Assembly (NCBI GenBank): GCA_951406725.2
Contig: OX597830.1
Location: forward strand, 77,190,001 to 77,254,000
From: Octopus vulgaris
Lineage: Eukaryota
Length of the DNA: 64,000 nt
Direction: 5' to 3'
Below, piece by piece: positions 57,418 to 64,000 of the stretch. Both the position numbers and the translations under genes were made by a program. The stretch's first letter is position 1. The number at the start of each line of letters is the position of its first letter. The notes beneath the pieces are model-generated. The model saw only the letters and a program-made list of their open reading frames with translations, did no database searches and was not told the origin of the DNA.

Positions 57418-59169
57418 TTACTTACTACAATTTATTTTATTCCTGTAAATTTTCAGGAATGTAGAAGAAAATTTATGTACGCAAAAGGGGATCACGTCCG
57501 TAAATTTATTCAGAATGTGCGGTCCATAACACCTAATGATGGTAAGTGATTCCCTTATGCATAGCCTACACTTGCTGATATTTCTCTTGAAGTTTGGGAT
57601 TTTAGAAATAATCGACCATTCTAGGAAATAATTCTTATTGTTCTTTCTCAGGTTGTGTATATGCGATGCAAGTGTAGTTGAGTTAAAGTATTTTTCGTTA
57701 GTAAAAGAGCTCATGTGTGACCTATATCGCGCCTTAAAATCCATCGTACTACCTATATAAAATTTGTTTAGATTATCTACATCCCTAACTACACATTTAT
57801 ATATTACGTTGGTGACCAGACATGAACCACCCAAAGGACATAATTTGGGTTTCCTACAGTTACATGTCTTTTCGGGGCCTTTCCTAATTTTTTTCCTATT
57901 ATTATCTTTACTTATTTTATCTCCAGTTCCAGACGGGTTTCGTTCATTCCTTCCCTCTAAACTACCCTTATTATATGGGTTCGATGAGTCCGGTAAAGGT
58001 AGACCATTTATAGCTTTGGTACTTAGCTTTACAGGATTATCAACCACATTTCCTTGGTCATCCTCAAAGGAACTTTTTCTGTCGTTCCACCTAGTAAGCC
58101 TGCTTCTATTGATTGAAGTAATGATGGAAGCAAAGTTAGGCATTACAGAATAGGAGAATTTTATTGTCGACTTATTGCAGATGCTATAATATTTGTGGTC
58201 CTTTGGGAAGTTCTCCTTCAGAATCTTAAAAAATAGTTTTGGTAAATTCCTTACTCTAAGGGAGAAAGGGGGAGCGAACCAAATAACTTCCCTTATTCTA
58301 GGCCGTGAGCTTCCTGTTTTGTTTAACTTCTTATCAGGATTTTTAATTTCCTTATACCTACCCTTACTGCTGTTATCCCTAAACATATTATTATTCCTAA
58401 ACATATTATTATTATTTAAAGGCCTCTTATTATTCCTAGACGTATTATTATTATTATAATTATTATTCAAAAACTTATTATTATTACAGTATTTATTATT
58501 GTATTTATCTGTAGTAATTGCAACTTGCTCAATTGGCAAACCAGCCATCCTGTTTTTTAGTCTAGTATTAAGGATATAGAATATTTTAGACTTGAAACCA
58601 CTTAAACTTAGGGCATTATTATACACTGGTGCATGTTGCTCAAAAATCTCTTCGTTCGCAGATAAATTGGATATTCTAGTTGAAATCGCAGTTATGATAC
58701 TATCTATTGTGGATTTCGGATGATTGGATGACACATTGATATATGCTATCGATTTATTAGTCTTACGAAAGGGATAGTATAGACCGGTATTAAGACACAA
58801 GGTAACGTCCAAGAAGTTTACTACCCTAGAGTTACTGTCGTAGATGATATCAAGATTTAAAAAATCTTTCAAAAAGCTTCTCAACGACTTCTTTAATCTG
58901 TTCAATTCGGTCTTAGAGAGGCCCTGCACGGCAAAGAGGGCATCATCCCTATATAATCCACCAGTAAGGTTAGGGAAGTTTTTCCTAACTTCCGAGAGTA
59001 GATACAGGCCAACCAAGTCAGTCACCTGCGCAGAATCTGATGACCCCATGGTAATATCAAAGAAATTTTCTGAGTCGGCTCTTTGCCATTCACTCTCATT
59101 ATAGGAGACAAGTGTTTCTCTTGCCGTTAAAATTACCTCTAAATGCGACTTAGGTATCTCAAGGCTCAA
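57418..59169 (-). CDS. Penelope-like retroelement ORF, 5'-truncated: C-terminal part of reverse transcriptase plus GIY-YIG endonuclease (Naiad-like)
   Basis: 583-aa open frame with FDITMGSSDSAQ, GLYRDD, VNFLDVTL, YINVSSNHP, WFAPPFS, CNCRxxxxCPLxGxC, VIY..FYIG..FKARYRSH and CRLCIRE. The frame starts at the inversion junction (~59160), so the N-terminal RT motifs and true start are missing. Confidence 0.93.
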   Translation of the reverse strand: MSLEIPKSHLEVILTARETLVSYNESEWQRADSENFFDITMGSSDSAQVTDLVGLYLLSEVRKNFPNLTGGLYRDDALFAVQGLSKTELNRLKKSLRSFLKDFLNLDIIYDSNSRVVNFLDVTLCLNTGLYYPFRKTNKSIAYINVSSNHPKSTIDSIITAISTRISNLSANEEIFEQHAPVYNNALSLSGFKSKIFYILNTRLKNRMAGLPIEQVAITTDKYNNKYCNNNKFLNNNYNNNNTSRNNKRPLNNNNMFRNNNMFRDNSSKGRYKEIKNPDKKLNKTGSSRPRIREVIWFAPPFSLRVRNLPKLFFKILKENFPKDHKYYSICNKSTIKFSYSVMPNFASIITSINRSRLTRWNDRKSSFEDDQGNVVDNPVKLSTKAINGLPLPDSSNPYNKGSLEGRNERNPSGTGDKISKDNNRKKIRKGPEKTCNCRKPKLCPLGGSCLVTNVIYKCVVRDVDNLNKFYIGSTMDFKARYRSHMSSFTNEKYFNSTTLASHIHNLRKNNKNYFLEWSIISKIPNFKRNISKCRLCIRESLTIIRCYGPHILNKFTDVIPFCVHKFSSTFLKIYRNKINCSK

Positions 59170-59533
59170 TTTAATTTAATTTAATTTTAACCCAATTAAT
59201 TCAGTTTAATTTAGTTAAGTAAACCCATTCTTTTTGAGTATATAGAAAGTAAATAAATTGAAAAATAAAAGTATTTAAGTTTTGCAGAATTTGAAACCAC
59301 GAAGGCTCTTTTTAAGTCAATTTAGTTCAATTTTAATTAATTGGAATTAATTTTGATTTGAAAATTTTTTTTTTTTTTTTTTACCGCTTCCTCTACTGAT
59401 TTAAAAGAAAAAATTCTTCACTGATTTGGCTTTTGGGCTATCCGTGCATGAATACCAAAGTGGGAAAGCAAACAACACCGTACGAGCCTGGTGCGTGATG
59501 GCTATCTTTGCGTTTATATATATATATTTTTTT

Positions 59534-59610
59534 TCCCCTGACGAAGGAGGTATTATCTGAATGCACCCTAGTGCTTTAAACATAATACACCCCTGAAATG
59601 GCCATAGGGA
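59534..59610 (+). ncRNA. Type I hammerhead ribozyme in the Penelope arm
   Basis: tccc-CTGACGA-[aggaggtattat...ataatacacccct]-GAAA-tggcca-TA-ggga: stem I, full core, long stem II, palindromic stem III (atggccat). Confidence 0.85.
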
Positions 59611-60159
59611 TAAGTAAAAATGATTTCCTTCTTATATATAAGGCTTATTTTACCTGATTAAGATTTCTAAACGATGAACCTTATTTTACTTTATTTACAC
59701 GATATATATATATATATTATATTTTTATATGCTCCTATATGTATATATATTTATATATGTTTTATATATTTTTATATGCCTATATTTTTATATACCTATA
59801 TATTTTTATATATTACTTATATTATATTTTACTTTCTAAGTCCTTTTATAAATGTATTCTCTTCGAATCGCTAGAAGATTAATTCTAAGTTTTAATGATA
59901 AGAATTTTTCTCGCACCATACCATATTATTATTATTACGTGCTGTATATATGAATTTTGTTCCATCTTGCGGGTTATATGTTTATTCTATAATTAAATGT
60001 TCGAATTATGAAATGGCATGCGGTTGACTTTGTATTTGCTTGTTCAATGATTTTAGTTTGATATTTTTGTCTCTTCCAATAGAGCACTTCTATTGCAGTC
60101 CTATTAAACCTTTTTTTTGTTCCTGACAAGAAACAATTATTGTATCGATATATATATAT

Positions 60160-60595
<436 letters not shown>

Positions 60596-60925
60596 TACGC
60601 TGAAAAATAACTCAAATAGCATTCAATTCTGTGTGAATATATGTGTGTGTTATTGTTTGTTTGCGTGTGCGCGCAATGGAAGTAGGATGGTTTATCTTTG
60701 TTCGCTTAGTATTTCGGTTTATTTTTTGATTTGGTTGAATTTTGGTTTTCTTTTTTTTTGTTGTTGTTGTTGGTCATGTATTTTTAGCGTTTTGAGAGAA
60801 AAAGTCATTCTAAAATTGTTTTTTTCTTAACGTAAGCGTGCTCAAACAAGTCGAATGCTTACACAGAGCAAGTTTTACAGCCACATCATCCAAACCGACC
60901 GGGTGAAACCGGGCTTAGCTGCTAG

Positions 60926-61009
<84 letters not shown>

Positions 61010-61013
61010 ATGT

Positions 61014-61071
<58 letters not shown>

Positions 61072-61387
61072 TAATAAAAGGGTTCAGCAAAGATTTGCTT
61101 CACCACACACCGAAGTTTAGAAATAGCAGCTAAAAATCTTAGCTATTTCTTCTACTTTAAAAAGGGTCTTCCAGAGAAACCAAAATACTTGAAGGTTATT
61201 CACACAGGCAGAGAGTAAAGCAAAGAAAATCAATCAATATCTGGTCGTCCATGGACGCGCGTTCTAAATTAGGTTTTTTATAAAGAATATTAAAAAATAT
61301 ACTTTACTAACCATATTCTTCATACCGAATTCTACTTGGTGAAATTATTGATTACTTCTTAATTAATTTTACCCTTTGTTATTATTG

Positions 61388-61435
<48 letters not shown>

Positions 61436-61726
61436 GTGGGGGTGTATACGCGTGTATATCTGTAAATGCGTTTGTTCCCTACACTACTTGACAACCAGTG
61501 TTCATTTATTTACTTCCCTGTAACTTAGTGACAGAAGGAATAAGTAAAAGACTTCATAAGAACTGGAGCTAAGTTGCTCGATGAAAACTTGCAAAGGCTT
61601 TGCCCCAGCGGAGCCGCACTCCAGTGACTGAAACAATTAAACGATAAAGGATAAGGATACAACAACAAAAAGCAATCTATGCATTACTTACCTTATTCCT
61701 TCCACCAAATATTACTAAAGAATGAT

Positions 61727-61820
61727 TACTCGGTAGGGCAATAGGCAGCGAGTCTGTCTCGTAATCAAATATGCAATCAGGGAAATCTGAAGGTCGTGAG
61801 TTCGATCCTCACCTGGGGCA
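61727..61820 (+). pseudogene. Intron-containing elongator tRNA-Met-like pseudogene (anticodon now CGT)
   Basis: Matches elongator tRNA-Met body (taggcagcg..gtctc[a>g]ta / atctgaaggtcgtgagttcgatcctcac..ggggca) with a ~21-nt insert 3' of the anticodon; acceptor and D stems have mismatches. Confidence 0.7.
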
Positions 61821-62027
61821 AGGAGTGGTTGTGTGGTAAGTAGCCTTAGGCGCAAGAGTAGATGTGTGGTAAGTAGCTTGCTTACCAGCCACATGGTTCC
61901 GGGTTCAGTCTCTCTGAACCCAGAAGTCACTTGCGTGGCACCTTTCGCAAGTGTCTTCTACTATAGCTTTGGGCCGACCAAAGCTTTGTGAGTGGATTTG
62001 GTAAACGGAAACTGAAAGAAGCCCGTC

Positions 62028-62099
<72 letters not shown>

Positions 62100-62320
62100 T
62101 TGTTTATATTTGTGTGTGTTTGTGTGCCGCCCCAATATCGCTTCACAACCGATGCTGGTGTATTTACGTCCCCGTAACTTAGCGGTTCGGCAAAAGAGAC
62201 CGATGGAATAAGTACTAGGCTTACAAATAATAAGTCTTGGGGTCGATTTGCTCGAATAAAGGCGGTGCTCCATCATGGTCACAGTCAAATGACTGAAACA
62301 AATAAATGAGTAAAAGAGTA
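61821..62320 (+). mobile_element. SINE family A copy with duplicated head
   Basis: Two gtgtggtaagtagc heads, then full body and tail. Confidence 0.8.
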
Positions 62321-62852
62321 TCTCCCTTGTAGTAACTGTTCGCTAAGTTACGCCAGCTTAATATTGTCATTATTTACCTGGAGTTTAGAATATTAATTAG
62401 CATGAAATTGTAATGCAAAGTCTTGATTTAGACCATTTTGATATTGGTTTCAAATTCTTGCACAAGGCCAGAAATTTCGAGGGAAGGAGTAAGTCGATTA
62501 CATCGACCCCAGTGCTCTACTGATACTTGTTTTATCGACTCCGAAAGAGATGAAATGCAACGTGGACCTCGGCAGCATTTGAATTCAGAATGTGAAGACG
62601 GACGAAATGCCGTTAAACATTTTGCCTGGAGTGGTAACGCTTCTACCAGCACATCACCTTTAAAGATCATTTTAATATTAGGCATTTATATCATAGAACA
62701 ATGCCTGGTTTTCTACGATTTGGAATCATTAAGGGTCATTGGTACCAGTTCGGTTAATCTGTTGGTAGAGATTTGTCAAACGTAAAGCAATATCTGTAAA
62801 ACACTTCGCCATTACACGTTACCTCGTATCATCGCTCACTGACAGTCTAGAC

Positions 62853-63071
62853 CAGTGCTTTTCAAGATTATTGCTGGAGTGGAACCCCAAGGAAACATTC
62901 CACTGACTCGAGGAACCCCTGTTCAATAATTTAATAGTCTTATGCACACATATCTGCACAGGAGAATTAAAAATTACTGCCGATTTTAGCAGTTTTGTAA
63001 CTTCTTGCGGAACTCCTGGACTGTACTGGCGGAACCCTAAGATTCCACAGAACCCTGGCTAAAAACCACTG
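62853..63071. mobile_element. hAT (Charlie-like) MITE
   Basis: cagtg...cactg termini; 8-bp duplication gtctagac at 62845-62852 and 63072-63079. Confidence 0.85.
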
Positions 63072-63469
63072 GTCTAGACCAATAGTTCTCAACCGAAGTC
63101 CATATGACTCCTGGAGGTCCATAAAAGATTTTAGCGTGTATGTGTGTGTGGAGGGGGACTCAGTAGTATATTAAGGGTCCATTTTGATTTAGATGTATAT
63201 ATTGGACGAAACAACTAGGTTTCATTCTCTAACGTTTTATATGGTTCAACCTACACAAATTAATGATTGAAAAACGAAATGGGAGTTTTGAAAGAAGTGT
63301 TTAACAAACTAGCTTTTGAACACTGAATGGTTATACCGTCCACCAGAACAAAATCAAATCAAATCAAAGGTGTTCACAGACAGATGATAGTTAAGAAACC
63401 CTTTGTCGCGTGGATGATATTGATGGAGATGAAGATAATGTGTATGGTGATGGAGAATGGAATGGAATC

Positions 63470-64000
63470 CAATTTACCACCACTTTCATTACCACTACCA
63501 CAACTACCTCCAGTACCTCTACTGGCTCACCACTGCTACCATTACCACCACCACCAACACCAGCACCACCACTTCAACCAACGCCACAACCACTGACACA
63601 ACTACTACTGTTACTATCATCACCACTACATCGATATCGACACTACCACCACTACCGCGACAACCAGCATCAGTATCACCACCACCACCAACGCAACCAC
63701 AACCAGCACCACCACAACCAGCACCACCACAAGCAGAACCACAACCACCACAACCAGCACCCTCACCACCAACACAACCAGCACCACCACAAGCAGAACC
63801 ACTACCACCACAAGCAGAACCACTACCACCAGTACGACCACAACCACCACAACCAGCACCCTCGCCACCAACCACCACAACCACAACACAACCACCACAA
63901 CCACCAGCAGCAGCACCACTACCACCACCACAACCAGTACCACAATGACCACAACAACCAGCACCACCACAACCAGCACCACTACCACCACCACCACCAC
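63470..64000. repeat. (CCA)n-derived low-complexity minisatellite; similar compound trinucleotide tracts at ~2150-2620, ~44560-45030, ~53450-54200 and ~55000-55340
   Basis: Recurring accaccacaaccagc-type units. Confidence 0.85.

Larger units (their letters stand above)
56536..60150 (-). mobile_element. Penelope-like element with inverted 3' arms, inserted in (TA)n
   Basis: 56536-~57345 is the reverse complement of ~59161-60064 with scattered substitutions and one ~90-bp indel. The right arm continues ~85 bp further to a (TA)n tract. Confidence 0.9.

Noticed and set aside
56536-60064. DNA transposon with long TIRs
   Set aside because: The enclosed ORF is RT plus GIY-YIG, is truncated at the arm junction, and the arms are asymmetric at the outer end.
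63457-63948. Proline-rich extensin-like ORF
   Set aside because: Derived from a CCA-type minisatellite that is open in several frames; no splice or domain support.

Overview
Eukaryotic, gene-poor, extremely microsatellite-rich DNA. The SINE families and repeat texture look like octopus/cephalopod genome (inference). I could not support any host protein-coding exon; nearly all listed ORFs are microsatellite read-throughs. Real coding content is all transposon-derived: a 5'-truncated Penelope-like element (RT + GIY-YIG, Naiad-like) between ~0.8-0.9 kb inverted arms (56.5-60.1 kb), a near-complete DD34D mariner (5.0-6.3 kb), an RTE-type LINE nested in a Tc1 relic (50.3-52.4 kb), a same-orientation stack of R4/Dong-like 3' ends in (TAA)n (33-36 kb), plus Helitron, hAT and TA-flanked MITEs, at least four SINE families and an intron-bearing tRNA-Met relic. 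The most notable signal is about ten minimal type I hammerhead ribozyme motifs found by eye, mostly in short fold-back Penelope-type tails. They show covarying stems and palindromic stem III, and one has a G3-C8 core swap. Coordinates were counted by hand; repeat boundaries are approximate.
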